From contig JAFQQD010000036.1 of assembly GCA_017411435.1 (NCBI GenBank), forward strand, positions 2,938 through 66,937: 64,000 nucleotides of DNA. Reading direction: 5' to 3'. The stretch's first letter is position 1. Every line of letters starts with the position of its first letter. Position numbers and translations under genes: made by a program. Source of the DNA: Clostridia bacterium. GTDB lineage: Bacteria > Bacillota > Clostridia > UMGS1883. The notes under the pieces were generated by a model that saw only the letters and a program-made list of their open reading frames with translations, ran no database searches and was not told the origin of the DNA. Below, in pieces: positions 1 to 9,142 of this stretch.

Positions 1-1
1 A

Positions 2-304
2 ATTACAAATCTTATCAGCAACGGAATTAAGTATGGCAACAAATCAGGTCATGTTGCAGTTTCTGCATCAAAGCTTGATAACAAAACACAAATAGTTGTC
101 GCAGATAACGGCGTAGGAATTTCAAAAGAACATCTCGACAAAATATGGACTCGTTTTTACCGTGTCGATGATGTCCGTAATGACGAATACGGCAGCAGCG
201 GTTTAGGTTTATCAATGGTAAAAAGTATAATATCACTCCATGGCGGTACAATTTCAGTAAAAAGTAGTCCGGGCAACGGTACAGAATTTATAATTATACT
301 ATAA
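2..304 (+). CDS. Sensor histidine kinase, C-terminal ATPase domain fragment. The 5' end lies outside the window.
   Basis: Frame 2 reads ITNLISNGIKYGN...DNGVGISKEHLDKIWTRFYRVD...GLGLSMVKSIISLHGG. These are the N, G1 and G2 boxes of a HATPase_c domain. Stop codon at 302-304. Confidence 0.8.
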   Translation: MTNLISNGIKYGNKSGHVAVSASKLDNKTQIVVADNGVGISKEHLDKIWTRFYRVDDVRNDEYGSSGLGLSMVKSIISLHGGTISVKSSPGNGTEFIIIL

Positions 305-310
305 AGCTGA

Positions 311-455
311 CAAATGTTGCTCGCTAAAAAATGCGCAAATTCCTATACGGTAAAAAAGAAGCGTGCCGCTTCACCCATTTCGCGTCCCAACCCAACTTAA
401 AGCCAACATATGTTGCCCGCGATAAAAATGCGTAAATTCCTATACGGTAAAAAAA
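311..455 (+). repeat. Composite copy of an interspersed intergenic repeat family. The arrangement is tail unit, then head unit (gaagcgtgccgcttcacccatttcgcg...), then tail unit.
   Basis: The head is near-identical to sequences at 6230-6308, 7801-7872 and 14921-15000. The tail unit (..tgcgcaaattcctatacggtaaaaaa) is duplicated on both sides of the head here. Confidence 0.7.
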
Positions 456-482
456 CTCGACCTATCAAGGTCGAGTTTTTTG
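456..482. terminator. Bidirectional rho-independent terminator lying between two convergent genes.
   Basis: Stem ctcgacc, loop tatcaa, stem ggtcgag. An A-run precedes it and a T-run follows. Confidence 0.7.
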
Positions 483-486
483 TTTA

Positions 487-723
487 TCAGTCTTCTACGA
501 TGTCAACGATAACTTTCTTTCCTTCTCTGCCTGATGCTGCACGCATAACAGTTCTGATTGCTTTTGCAATTCTTCCCTGCTTGCCGATTACTTTTCCCAT
601 ATCAGAGGGATTAACTCTCAGTTCAAGGAGCTGACTGTCTTCACGGTCGATAAGTGTCACATTAACTTCATCGGGAAACTGAACAAGGGGTTTTACGATT
701 GCTTCAAGAAGTTCCTTCATCAT
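487..723 (-). CDS. KH-domain RNA-binding protein of the YlqC/UPF0109 type.
   Basis: The ORF starts at MMKELLEAIVKPLV, with GGAGAG 7 nt upstream. A GKVIGKQGRIAKAIR KH motif is present. It lies immediately downstream of rpsP, as in the conserved ffh-rpsP-ylqC arrangement. Confidence 0.75.
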   Translation of the reverse strand: MMKELLEAIVKPLVQFPDEVNVTLIDREDSQLLELRVNPSDMGKVIGKQGRIAKAIRTVMRAASGREGKKVIVDIVED

Positions 724-733
724 ATCTCTCCTA

Positions 734-979
734 TTATTCGATGATACCGTTCTTCTTGAGAAGGCTCTTAACTGTATCTGTGGGCTGAGCACCGTTAGCA
801 ATCCACTGCTTAACCTTGTCGCCGTCAACTGTGAATACAGAGGGGTCTGCAAGAGGATTGTAAGTACCTACTTCCTCAATGAATCTGCCATCACGGGGAT
901 AACGAGAATCTGCTACTACTACACGGTAATAGGGAGCCTTCTTTGCGCCCATTCTTCTAAGTCTGATTTTTACTGCCAT
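734..979 (-). CDS. rpsP: 30S ribosomal protein S16.
   Basis: The protein reads [42 protein letters not shown]. The start was trimmed to the conserved MAVKIRL. Confidence 0.9.
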   Translation of the reverse strand: MAVKIRLRRMGAKKAPYYRVVVADSRYPRDGRFIEEVGTYNPLADPSVFTVDGDKVKQWIANGAQPTDTVKSLLKKNGIIE

Positions 980-1023
980 TTCTTTCACCTCATAAAAAAT
1001 TTATATATTTTAATTAATTAATA

Positions 1024-2346
1024 TCAAAAGGGGAATCTCATTCTCTTCATCTTTTTGGGGTCAGAGAACATTTTCATCATTTTCTGCATTTCCTTAAACT
1101 GCTTTAAGAACAAATTTACATCCTGAACACCAAGTCCGCATCCGTCAGCGATTCTTTTTCTGCGGCTGCCGTTTATGATTTCGGGGTTTTCGCGTTCTTT
1201 CTTTGTCATTGAGCGTATAATTGCCTCTGTACGGACAAACTGCTTGTCATCAAGTTTTACGCCGTTTAATTTTGAACCCATACCGGGAATCATTTTTATG
1301 ATGCTTTCAAGCGAGCCCATATTTTTCATTGACTGTAACTGCTCAAGATAGTCGTTAAGGTCAAACTTCTGTTCTTTTATTTTTTTCTCAAGCTCAAGAG
1401 CCTTCTTTTCGTCAAAAGCCTCCTGCGCCTTGTCAATAAGCGAGAGCATATCGCCCATACCCAGAATTCTTGACGCCATTCTGTCTGGATAGAAGGGTTC
1501 AAGGTCAGTGAGCTTTTCGCCCATACCGACAAACTTTATGTTTTTACCCGTTGTTGCGCGCACACTGAGTGCCGCACCGCCACGGGTGTCGCCGTCAAGT
1601 TTAGTAAGGATAATGCCGTCAATTCCAAGCATTTCGTCAAAGCTTGTGGCAACATTTACCGCATCCTGACCTGTCATGGAGTCAACAACAAGAAGTATTT
1701 CAGTCGGATGAACCTCACTTTTTATTTCCTTGAGCTCATTCATCAGCGCTTCGTCAACATGTAGACGACCTGCTGTATCTATAATGACGGTGTCAAAACG
1801 CGATGTATCGCAGTTTTTAACCGCATCAAGTGCAATTTTAACGGGATTTTTCGTTTCAAAATCTGCGTAAACATGAAGTCTCATCTGCTCGCCAACAACC
1901 TGAAGCTGTTTTATAGCGGCAGGACGCTGAACATCACAGCCTGCAAGCATCGGGCGTTTTCCCTGTTTTTTAAGCACACCGCCGAGCTTTGCTGCGGTAG
2001 TTGTTTTACCGGCACCCTGAAGACCTACAAGCATATAAACGGTAGGAGCCTTCGGTGCGACTGCAAGCTTTGACTGTGCACCGCCCATAAGCCATGTAAG
2101 CTCATCACGCACTATTTTAATTATCTGTTGTCCTGCGGTCAGGCTTTCAAGAACCTCACTGCCGGTTGCTTTTTCAAATACACGCTTCTCAAACTCTTTA
2201 ACAACTTTGTATCCTACATCCGCCTCAAGCAGTGCAAAACGCACTTCGCGCATAGCTGATTTTACATCTTTTTCGGATACAACACCCTGTCCGCGTAGTT
2301 TCTTAAAGGTTTCCTGAAGCTTTTCACCCAAAGATTCAAATGCCAT
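1024..2346 (-). CDS. ffh: Signal recognition particle protein Ffh.
   Basis: The 440-aa product has an N domain, a GTPase domain (GLQGAGKTTTAAKL, DTAGR, TKLDG) and a methionine-rich M domain. Confidence 0.95.
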   Translation of the reverse strand: MAFESLGEKLQETFKKLRGQGVVSEKDVKSAMREVRFALLEADVGYKVVKEFEKRVFEKATGSEVLESLTAGQQIIKIVRDELTWLMGGAQSKLAVAPKAPTVYMLVGLQGAGKTTTAAKLGGVLKKQGKRPMLAGCDVQRPAAIKQLQVVGEQMRLHVYADFETKNPVKIALDAVKNCDTSRFDTVIIDTAGRLHVDEALMNELKEIKSEVHPTEILLVVDSMTGQDAVNVATSFDEMLGIDGIILTKLDGDTRGGAALSVRATTGKNIKFVGMGEKLTDLEPFYPDRMASRILGMGDMLSLIDKAQEAFDEKKALELEKKIKEQKFDLNDYLEQLQSMKNMGSLESIIKMIPGMGSKLNGVKLDDKQFVRTEAIIRSMTKKERENPEIINGSRRKRIADGCGLGVQDVNLFLKQFKEMQKMMKMFSDPKKMKRMRFPF

Positions 2347-2702
2347 TACTCTGCTCCTTTAATATTCTGCACCTTACGGAGTATCTCGTCAGCAAGAGCG
2401 TTTATGTCCTTGCTGTTGGAAAGTCTTTTGTTAGTCGATTTAAGAAGATTAGTAAGCTCTTCAACCTCGTTCAGTGCACGAAAGAGGTTTACAAGCTGAA
2501 GCTTTTCCTCCATTTCAGAGATTGTAGCCTCGCCTCTTTTTATAAAGTCGCGCACACCCTGACGGGAGATGTCCATAAGCTCGGAAATTTCGCCAAGTGA
2601 GTAGTCACTGTCGTAGTAGTATTCCATAGCCTCGGCCTGCTTATCGGTAAGAAGTCCTTTATAAATGTCAAGTAATTCTGTATAAATCAGGTTTTTTTCC
2701 AT
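2346..2702 (-). CDS. ylxM: YlxM/UPF0122 helix-turn-helix protein encoded upstream of ffh.
   Basis: The ORF starts at MEKNLIYTELLDIYKGLLTDKQ, with a GGGGGAG ribosome-binding site. Its stop overlaps the ffh start by 1 nt. The sigma-70 region-4-like HTH reads SLGEISELMDISRQGV. Confidence 0.75.
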   Translation of the reverse strand: MEKNLIYTELLDIYKGLLTDKQAEAMEYYYDSDYSLGEISELMDISRQGVRDFIKRGEATISEMEEKLQLVNLFRALNEVEELTNLLKSTNKRLSNSKDINALADEILRKVQNIKGAE

Positions 2703-2849
2703 TAAGGTCTCCCCCTTTTGGCAAGAAATCATCATTTTTAACGCCATTGTAAAGTGTTTGCGCTTTACAACTATTACAGTATACACCGACTTTTGATATA
2801 TGTCAATACTTTTTATGTGTTTTTCTTGTAAAATTTCTTCAAAAAACTC

Positions 2850-2878
2850 TTGCATTTACCAAATGTTTGTGGTATCAT
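2850..2878 (+). promoter_or_regulatory. Putative sigma-A promoter for rpsB-tsf, followed by a structured 5' UTR of about 158 nt.
   Basis: The -35 is TTGCAT, the spacer is 17 nt, and the -10 is TATCAT with an upstream TG. The UTR contains the stems ggcacaa/ttgtgcc and ccttcc/ggaagg. Confidence 0.4.
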
Positions 2879-3037
2879 AATATGGCACAAAAATACGCAC
2901 ACTGCCTGAGTGGCGCCTTGTGCCTTCCATATATAATAGGAAGGTTGGCGTACATATTGACGGTGGTGGAGGTGCTGCCGCATCGCTTTTGACATGGGCG
3001 CGGTGGTGAAAAACTAAATAAATGGAGGTGTTTTAAC

Positions 3038-3769
3038 ATGTCAGTTATTGCTATGAAGCAGCTTTTGGAGGCAGGTGTTCACTTCGGTCACCAGACAAGA
3101 AGATGGAACCCCAAGATGGCGGAGTATATCTTTACAGAGCGTAACGGTATCTACATCATTGACCTTCAGAAAACAGTTAAGAAGATTGAGGAAGCTTATG
3201 ATTTCATCCGCGAAGTTGCAGCAGACGGCGGCGAAATCCTCTTTGTTGGTACAAAGAAGCAGGCTCAGGAAACAATCAAGGAAGAAGCTATCCGCGTAGG
3301 TATGCATTATGTTGATGCAAGATGGCTTGGCGGTATGCTCACAAACTTCAAGACAATCAAGAAGAGAATTGAAAGACTCGCTCAGCTTCACAAGATGGAA
3401 GAAGACGGTACATTTGACCTTCTTCCCAAGAAGGAAGTTATCGGTCTTCGTGGCGAAATGGAAAAGCTTGAAAAGTACCTTGGCGGTATCAAGACTATGA
3501 AGAAGGCTCCTGCAGCAATCTTTATCGTTGACCCCAGAAAAGAAAGAATTGCTATCGCTGAAGCTAAGAAGCTCAACATTCCGATTGTTGCTATTGTTGA
3601 TACAAACTGTGACCCCGAGGATGTTGACTATGTTATCCCCGGTAATGACGATGCTATCCGTGCAGTTAAGCTTGTTGTTTCAACTATCGCTAACGCTGTA
3701 GTTGAAGGCCGCGAAGGTAAGGCAGAAGCTCCTGCAGAGGAAGAAGAAATCGATATCACACTTGAATAA
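3038..3769 (+). CDS. rpsB: 30S ribosomal protein S2.
   Basis: The protein starts [27 protein letters not shown]. The ribosome-binding site is GGAGG. Confidence 0.95.
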   Translation: MSVIAMKQLLEAGVHFGHQTRRWNPKMAEYIFTERNGIYIIDLQKTVKKIEEAYDFIREVAADGGEILFVGTKKQAQETIKEEAIRVGMHYVDARWLGGMLTNFKTIKKRIERLAQLHKMEEDGTFDLLPKKEVIGLRGEMEKLEKYLGGIKTMKKAPAAIFIVDPRKERIAIAEAKKLNIPIVAIVDTNCDPEDVDYVIPGNDDAIRAVKLVVSTIANAVVEGREGKAEAPAEEEEIDITLE

Positions 3770-3793
3770 TATTACGAAAGGAATGTTATTAAT

Positions 3794-4687
3794 ATGAATT
3801 TCACAGCTCAGGATGTTAAAGAATTAAGAGAAAAAACAGGCTGCGGCATGATGGATTGTAAAAAAGCTCTTTCTGAAACAAATGGCGATATGGACAAGGC
3901 TATCGACTTTCTCCGTGAAAAGGGACTTGCTACAGCTCAGAAGAAATCCGGCAGAATTGCATCTGAAGGTATCGTTAAGGCTTACCTTACAGATGATAAG
4001 AAGATTGGTGTTCTTGTTGAAGTTAACTCTGAAACAGACTTCGTTGCTAAGAACGATGAATTCCAGTCATTCGTTGAAGAAGTTGCTAAGGTTGTTGTTG
4101 AGAAGGCTCCCGCTGATGTTGAAGCGCTTAAGGCTCTTCCCCTCGGCGATTCTACAGTAGGAGATGCTCTTACAGCTCTTATTGCTAAGATTGGCGAAAA
4201 TATGAATATCAGAAGATTCTCCAGAATCGAAGGTAATGTTTGCTCATACACGCACGGTGGCGGCAGAATCGGTGTTCTTGTAGAGGCTGAGGCTGCTCTT
4301 GACAGCGAAGAAAAGTATGAAGCAGCAAGAGATGCAGCAATGCAGATTGCAGCTATCAATCCCCTCTACCTTTCTCAGGAAACTGTTCCTGCAGAAGACC
4401 TTGAAAAAGAAAAGGGCATCCTTATGGCTCAGATTAAGGAAGATCCCAAGAATGCTTCTAAGCCCGATGCAATCATCGAAAAGATGATGATCGGTAAGAT
4501 CAATAAGTTCTACGAACAGAACTGCCTTCTTCAGCAGGAATTCGTTAAGGATAACGACCAGAAGGTTTCAAAATACCTTGAATCAAAGGGTGTTAAGCTT
4601 GTAAACTTCGTTCGTTTTGAAAAGGGCGAAGGTCTTGAAAAGAAAGAAGATAACTTCGCAGATGAAGTTGCTTCAATGATTAAGTAA
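3794..4687 (+). CDS. tsf: Elongation factor Ts.
   Basis: The protein starts MNFTAQDVKELREKTGCGMMDCKKAL and runs to ...TDFVAKN. Confidence 0.95.
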   Translation: MNFTAQDVKELREKTGCGMMDCKKALSETNGDMDKAIDFLREKGLATAQKKSGRIASEGIVKAYLTDDKKIGVLVEVNSETDFVAKNDEFQSFVEEVAKVVVEKAPADVEALKALPLGDSTVGDALTALIAKIGENMNIRRFSRIEGNVCSYTHGGGRIGVLVEAEAALDSEEKYEAARDAAMQIAAINPLYLSQETVPAEDLEKEKGILMAQIKEDPKNASKPDAIIEKMMIGKINKFYEQNCLLQQEFVKDNDQKVSKYLESKGVKLVNFVRFEKGEGLEKKEDNFADEVASMIK

Positions 4688-4885
4688 GGCGGATGGCAAC
4701 GCCATCCTTTCGAAGCAAAAGTTTTATTTCATAAAAGCATTCGCTTCGAGAAAAGGGCTTACGCTCGCGCACCGCTCACCGCGGTAGCCCTTGCAAGGTG
4801 TTAAAATCGAGGTGCATGCCCCCGATTTTAACGAATTCCAATATTTAAGGGGCATCCCCTTAATACCCCGATATAATGATGAAAA

Positions 4886-4913
4886 CCCGGTGGAATTTCC
4901 ACCGGGTTTTTTT
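4886..4913 (+). terminator. Rho-independent terminator.
   Basis: Stem cccggtgg, loop aattt, stem ccaccggg, then TTTTTTT. Confidence 0.75.
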
Positions 4914-4923
4914 GTTGTTGCTA

Positions 4924-4952
4924 TTGAAATCTGCGGTATTTGGGTATATAAT
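4924..4952 (+). promoter_or_regulatory. Sigma-A promoter for glyA.
   Basis: TTGAAA, a 17-nt spacer, then TATAAT, about 40 nt upstream of the glyA start. Confidence 0.6.
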
Positions 4953-4990
4953 ATAATCAAGGAAGAATTTTTTACAAAGGAGTTTTATTT

Positions 4991-6229
4991 ATGAATTTTT
5001 TTGATGAACTTCAAAGTTTTGACAATGAGGTTTATGCTGCTTGTAACCGCGAGCTTACCCGTCAGCAGCATAACATTGAACTGATTGCGTCAGAAAACAT
5101 TGTTTCCAAAGCAGTGCTTCTTGCTGCTGGAACAGTGCTTACAAATAAGTATGCCGAGGGATACAGCGGAAAGCGTTATTACGGCGGCTGTATCCATGTA
5201 GACGAAGTTGAAACAATCGCAATTGAGCGCGCGAAGAAGCTTTTCGGCGCAGAGCATGCGAATGTTCAGCCCCACAGCGGTGCTAACGCTAACCTTGCAG
5301 CATTCTTTGCACTTGTTCAGCCCGGAGATACAGTTATGGGTATGAATCTGGCACACGGTGGTCATCTTTCACACGGCTCTCCCGTGAATATCAGCGGTAA
5401 GTATTTCAACATCGTTCCCTACGGCGTTGACGATGAAACAGGTATGATTGATTATGACAAGATGCGCCAAATCGCTCTTGAATGCAAGCCCAAGCTCATC
5501 GTAGCAGGCGCAAGCGCATACTCAAGAACAATTGATTTTGCAAAGTTCCGCGAAGTTGCAGATGAAGTTGGTGCATATCTTATGGTAGATATGGCTCACA
5601 TTGCAGGTCTTGTTGCTGCAGGTATTCATCCCAGCCCTGTTCCATATGCGGATGTTGTTACAACAACTACTCATAAGACACTGCGCGGTCCCCGTGGCGG
5701 TCTTATCCTTTGCAAGGAAGAACTTGCAAAGCAGATTGACAAGGCTGTATTCCCCGGAACACAGGGTGGTCCACTTATGCATATCATTGCAGCAAAGGCA
5801 GTTGCTTTCGGTGAGGCGCTTACAGACGAATTCAAAGAATATCAGAAGCAGATTGTGAAAAACGCAAGTGTTCTTTGTGATGCTCTTAAAGAAGAAGGCT
5901 TCAATGTTGTATCAAATGGAACAGATAACCACCTTATGCTCATCGACCTTTGCCCATTTGATATTACAGGCAAGGAAATGGAACACCGTCTTGATGAGGT
6001 TCATATTACAGTTAACAAGAACGCAATCCCCAATGACAAGCAAAGTCCCTTTGTTACAAGTGGTATCCGTGTAGGCGCTCCTGCAGTTACATCACGCGGT
6101 TTCAAGGAAGAAGAAATGAAAAAGATTGCAAAATGGATGAAGCTTGTTGCTACTGATTTTGAGGCAAACAAGGAACAGATTACAAAGGAAGTTATTGCAC
6201 TTTGTGAAAAGTTCCCCATTTATGTATAA
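4991..6229 (+). CDS. glyA: Serine hydroxymethyltransferase.
   Basis: The 412-aa product carries the PLP-binding motif [14 protein letters not shown]. Confidence 0.95.
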   Translation: MNFFDELQSFDNEVYAACNRELTRQQHNIELIASENIVSKAVLLAAGTVLTNKYAEGYSGKRYYGGCIHVDEVETIAIERAKKLFGAEHANVQPHSGANANLAAFFALVQPGDTVMGMNLAHGGHLSHGSPVNISGKYFNIVPYGVDDETGMIDYDKMRQIALECKPKLIVAGASAYSRTIDFAKFREVADEVGAYLMVDMAHIAGLVAAGIHPSPVPYADVVTTTTHKTLRGPRGGLILCKEELAKQIDKAVFPGTQGGPLMHIIAAKAVAFGEALTDEFKEYQKQIVKNASVLCDALKEEGFNVVSNGTDNHLMLIDLCPFDITGKEMEHRLDEVHITVNKNAIPNDKQSPFVTSGIRVGAPAVTSRGFKEEEMKKIAKWMKLVATDFEANKEQITKEVIALCEKFPIYV

Positions 6230-6308
6230 AAAGCGTGCCGCTTCACCCCTTTCGCGTTTAGCCTGATTTAATCAAGCAAACACTACTTGCGAAAAAACAT
6301 TCGAATCC
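6230..6308 (+). repeat. Interspersed intergenic repeat, copy B.
   Basis: The core is aaagcgtgccgcttcacccctttcgcg...cttgcgaaaaaac. It matches the elements at 358, 7801 and 14921. Confidence 0.65.
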
Positions 6309-6319
6309 TTTTAAGGAAT

Positions 6320-6357
6320 AAATCTCCGTACATATAAAGTGCGGAGATTTATTTTTT
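6320..6357 (+). terminator. Rho-independent terminator for glyA.
   Basis: Stem aaatctccg, a 13-nt loop, stem cggagattt, then attttttat. Confidence 0.6.
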
Positions 6358-6596
6358 ATGAAATGCTGAAATCGTCAGCCGTAGTAGGCTGATAAGTTCA
6401 GATGCAGAATTATCAAACTGAGTCTACAAGGTGTACGAGGTACTCCGTGGACGAAGTTTGATAATAGTTTGTCGATACAAAAAAAGAAATCCAACGGATT
6501 TCTACCGACAGTTTTTCTTGTCGCCTTGCAATAATACAAATAACAACTTATTCAGACAAATGCTCTGCGCTGAAATCGTCAGCCGAAAAAGAAAAA

Positions 6597-6622
6597 GGTA
6601 CGGAATTTTCTCCGTACCTTTT
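6597..6622. terminator. Bidirectional terminator that ends minus-strand module 1.
   Basis: Stem ggtacgga, loop attttc, stem tccgtacc. On the minus strand it is followed by tttttcttttt. Confidence 0.65.
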
Positions 6623-6646
6623 ATTAGCTCTGAATAGTCTGACCGA

Positions 6647-6826
6647 TTACCAAGACCATGAGGTCTGCATCTCATCGATTGAGTCTGCAATTGTCTGTAC
6701 GCTTGCCTGCTGGAAATTAACCTGAGCGTACTTAGCAGCAACATCCTGAGGTGCGCTTGTTTCGATTACATCAACTGTGTCAAGAGCTAATGTAACGATT
6801 TCGGGTGTGTTATACTTTTTCATCAT
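6647..6826 (-). CDS. 59-aa acidic, Cys-free small protein, copy 1. It is below the ORF-track size cutoff.
   Basis: It starts ATGATG with a GGAGG site 7 nt upstream and lies 17 nt after the stop of the 259-aa gene. The product is MMKKYNTPEIVTLALDTVDVIETSAPQDVAAKYAQVNFQQASVQTIADSIDEMQTSWSW. Confidence 0.6.
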   Translation of the reverse strand: MMKKYNTPEIVTLALDTVDVIETSAPQDVAAKYAQVNFQQASVQTIADSIDEMQTSWSW

Positions 6827-6843
6827 TAATTACCTCCTGAAAA

Positions 6844-7623
6844 TTATTTTTCAATTTTGTCGCCTTTGATTTCTTCAAGCAAATCGCCTTCAGCTGTGTG
6901 AACATCTTCACCCTTCAAAAGGAAAATAGCGTTCGCACCTTTTACAGTGTAACCTGTGCTTTCAAATGCTGCTGCGATTTCAACATCGCCTGTGAGAACT
7001 GTGCCAAGGCCGAGACCTGCAACATCACCTATTGAGTACTTAGTATCGTTCTTTTCGGGATCGCTATCTGCTTTGCTGTTGTCACTAACATGGAAAGCCC
7101 ACCACATCTGTGTAAGGTCGCCTGCTGCAACATTTGTTGCGTTGAGCTTAAGGTAAACAAGAGAACCCTTCGTACCGGGATTAGCTGTACTAACATTTCC
7201 CGCTTTATCGGTTACTTCTGTAATGTCATCGACAACCTGCGCAGTTACCAATGTAAGCTTAGTTTCCTGAACAATCGGGATGTCGTTGCCAACCTTAACT
7301 GCATTTACACCTTCATTAGAAGCGTAACCAGCGTAAATATCGATAGCCGTCACAGAAGCATCTGTGATTTCAGCTTCAAATAATGCTGTGTCTGAAGTTG
7401 CAGCCTTCTGGTCAACAAAAAGGATTGTATCAGTTGTGAAATCATAATCATTATCATGACTTGTGATGATAATTGCAACCTGTTCGCCCTTCGCAACATC
7501 TTCAACAGTAACCTGGACTTTCTTTGCCGAATAGTCGGTAACTTCAGCGGCAGCAAAAGCTACTGTCGAAAGAACGAGGCACATTACTGTGACAAAAGCG
7601 ATTGCTTTCATAAACTTTCTCAT
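6844..7623 (-). CDS. Secreted protein of unknown function, paralog 1. It has a Sec signal peptide and is rich in Thr, Val, Ala and Asp.
   Basis: The N terminus MRKFMKAIAFVTVMCLVLSTVAFA/AAEV has an AxA cleavage site. The ribosome-binding site is GGGGAGG. A strong promoter lies upstream. It is a paralog of the 8142..8864 gene. Confidence 0.8.
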   Translation of the reverse strand: MRKFMKAIAFVTVMCLVLSTVAFAAAEVTDYSAKKVQVTVEDVAKGEQVAIIITSHDNDYDFTTDTILFVDQKAATSDTALFEAEITDASVTAIDIYAGYASNEGVNAVKVGNDIPIVQETKLTLVTAQVVDDITEVTDKAGNVSTANPGTKGSLVYLKLNATNVAAGDLTQMWWAFHVSDNSKADSDPEKNDTKYSIGDVAGLGLGTVLTGDVEIAAAFESTGYTVKGANAIFLLKGEDVHTAEGDLLEEIKGDKIEK

Positions 7624-7718
7624 TTAGTTTTCCTCCCCTTATGTAATATCTTAAATTTTATTCACAGAATATTATATATGTATAAATGTTACTTCCCCAT
7701 TATTTATGCATATATAAT

Positions 7719-7747
7719 ATTATACTATAAACTCAAAGTGATTGCAA
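7719..7747 (-). promoter_or_regulatory. Strong sigma-A promoter for module 1.
   Basis: Read on the minus strand it is TTGCAA, a 17-nt spacer, then TATAAT. An aaaacacttg box lies upstream and is shared with the module 2 promoter. Confidence 0.6.
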
Positions 7748-7800
7748 GTGTTTTCTTGAATTAGCAGAACATATTTTTAATTCAAATGCAGAGAAATAAA

Positions 7801-7872
7801 AAAAGAAGCTCCGCTTCACCCATTTCTCGTTCCAGCTGAATTTCAAACTGACAAATGTAGCTTGCGCGAAAC
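7801..7872 (+). repeat. Interspersed intergenic repeat, copy C.
   Basis: The sequence is aaagaagctccgcttcacccatttctcg...gacaaatgtagcttgcgcgaaac. Confidence 0.6.
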
Positions 7873-7893
7873 AGATTTCTACACAACAAAAAA

Positions 7894-7920
7894 GGCACAG
7901 AGAAAACCTCTGTACCTTTT
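7894..7920. terminator. Terminator that ends minus-strand module 2.
   Basis: Stem ggcacagag, a short loop, stem ctctgtacc. On the minus strand it is followed by ttttttgttgtg. Confidence 0.6.
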
Positions 7921-7944
7921 ATTAGCTCTGAATAATCTAACCGA

Positions 7945-8124
7945 TTACCAAGACCATGAGGTCTGCATCTCATCGATTGAGTCTGCAATTGTCTGTACGC
8001 TTGCCTGCTGGAAATTAACCTGAGCGTACTTAGCAGCAACATCCTGAGGTGCGCTTGTTTCGATTACATCAACTACATCAAGAGCTAATGTAACGATTTC
8101 GGGTGTGTTATACTTTTTCATCAT
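7945..8124 (-). CDS. 59-aa acidic small protein, copy 2. It differs from copy 1 by T17V.
   Basis: About 98% nucleotide identity with copy 1 over roughly 215 nt, from the terminator through the peptide ORF and the 17-nt spacer. The ribosome-binding site and ATGATG start are the same. Confidence 0.6.
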   Translation of the reverse strand: MMKKYNTPEIVTLALDVVDVIETSAPQDVAAKYAQVNFQQASVQTIADSIDEMQTSWSW

Positions 8125-8141
8125 TAATTACCTCCTGAAAA

Positions 8142-8864
8142 TTATTCTTTAACAAGTTCAACTTCTTCGCCATTTACGCTAAGAAGAACCTTTGCGCCTG
8201 TTACTGTGTAGCCTGTGCTATCAAGAGCTGCTGCGATTTCAACATCTCCTGTAAGAACACTACCAAGAGCAGCAACGATGTTTGCGTCTGCTGCAGCATA
8301 CTTTGTAGCTGTTGCTTTTGTATCATCGTTCTCTACTTCGAATACCCAAGCCATACCTTCGATATCGCCTGCTGTAGCATTTGCAACACTAACCTTTAAG
8401 TAAACAACAGCGCCCTTTGTGTCGGGATCAACTGTGCTTGTTTCACCGTCAACTACAGCTTCTGTAATGTCGTTCTTAATCTGAACATCAGACAATGTGA
8501 TTGAGATTTCAACAGCTGCAGTAAGTTCAACATCGTTAGCAACCAAAACTGCACTTGAAAGAGCATTAGAAGCGAAACCAGCGTAAACATCAACTGTTTC
8601 TACATCTGCTGTAATAGCTGTGTTGAATACTGCTGTGCTAGTACCTGCTGCCTTCTGGTCCACGAAAAGGATGTTTTCTTTTGTGAAATTTGCGCCATCC
8701 CTTGTGATGATGATTGCAACCTGTTCACCCTTCTGAACACCTTCAACTGTAACAGCAACTGTCTTTGTTGCGTAGTCTGTAACTTCAACTGCTGCGAATG
8801 CTGCTGTTGAAAGAACTAAGCACATTACTGTTGCGAAAGCGATTGCTTTCATGAATTTTTTCAT
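8142..8864 (-). CDS. Secreted protein of unknown function, paralog 2.
   Basis: The signal peptide MKKFMKAIAFATVMCLVLSTAAFA/AVEV and the GGAGG site match paralog 1. It has the same architecture as 6844..7623 but the mature region has diverged. Confidence 0.8.
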   Translation of the reverse strand: MKKFMKAIAFATVMCLVLSTAAFAAVEVTDYATKTVAVTVEGVQKGEQVAIIITRDGANFTKENILFVDQKAAGTSTAVFNTAITADVETVDVYAGFASNALSSAVLVANDVELTAAVEISITLSDVQIKNDITEAVVDGETSTVDPDTKGAVVYLKVSVANATAGDIEGMAWVFEVENDDTKATATKYAAADANIVAALGSVLTGDVEIAAALDSTGYTVTGAKVLLSVNGEEVELVKE

Positions 8865-8964
8865 TTCGTTTTCCTCCTCTATAAAATAAAATTTAAATTA
8901 AATTAATTTACAAAAAATATGTACGCGAGGGTAAAACTCCCCCTACATCATTTATACATTTAGA

Positions 8965-8993
8965 ATTATACTCCAAACCGATAATAAATTCAA
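8965..8993 (-). promoter_or_regulatory. Strong sigma-A promoter for module 2.
   Basis: Read on the minus strand it is TTGAAT, a 17-nt spacer, then TATAAT, with the conserved upstream gaaaacacttg. Confidence 0.55.
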
Positions 8994-9142
8994 GTGTTTT
9001 CACTAAATTTGTTGTCTAATTTTTATCCAAATGTTGATATGCTTTTTTGTAAGTTTTGACGAAATATTTTTGTAATATTTTTGTTTTAGTTTTTTTCAGA
9101 CTGTTCACCACAATATATAGTGTGGGTTACGCTACAAGTACA

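Noticed and set aside
3041-3579. Several 60-120-aa ORFs antisense to or overlapping rpsB, tsf, glyA and the glycan genes.
   Set aside because: All are embedded in strongly supported genes on the other strand or frame. They are typical shadow ORFs.
4688-4990. A ZTP/pfl or glycine riboswitch upstream of glyA.
   Set aside because: The conserved GACUGGCG and CCGCCUGGGC elements are absent. A terminator and an independent sigma-A promoter separate the structured region from glyA.
6361-6600. A 68-aa plus-strand ORF (6431..6637) and direct repeats of aaatgctgaaatcgtcagccg.
   Set aside because: The ORF has no ribosome-binding site and is low complexity. The short direct repeats at 6361 and 6552 are noted but are too short to interpret. 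The region is probably the spacer between convergent terminators.
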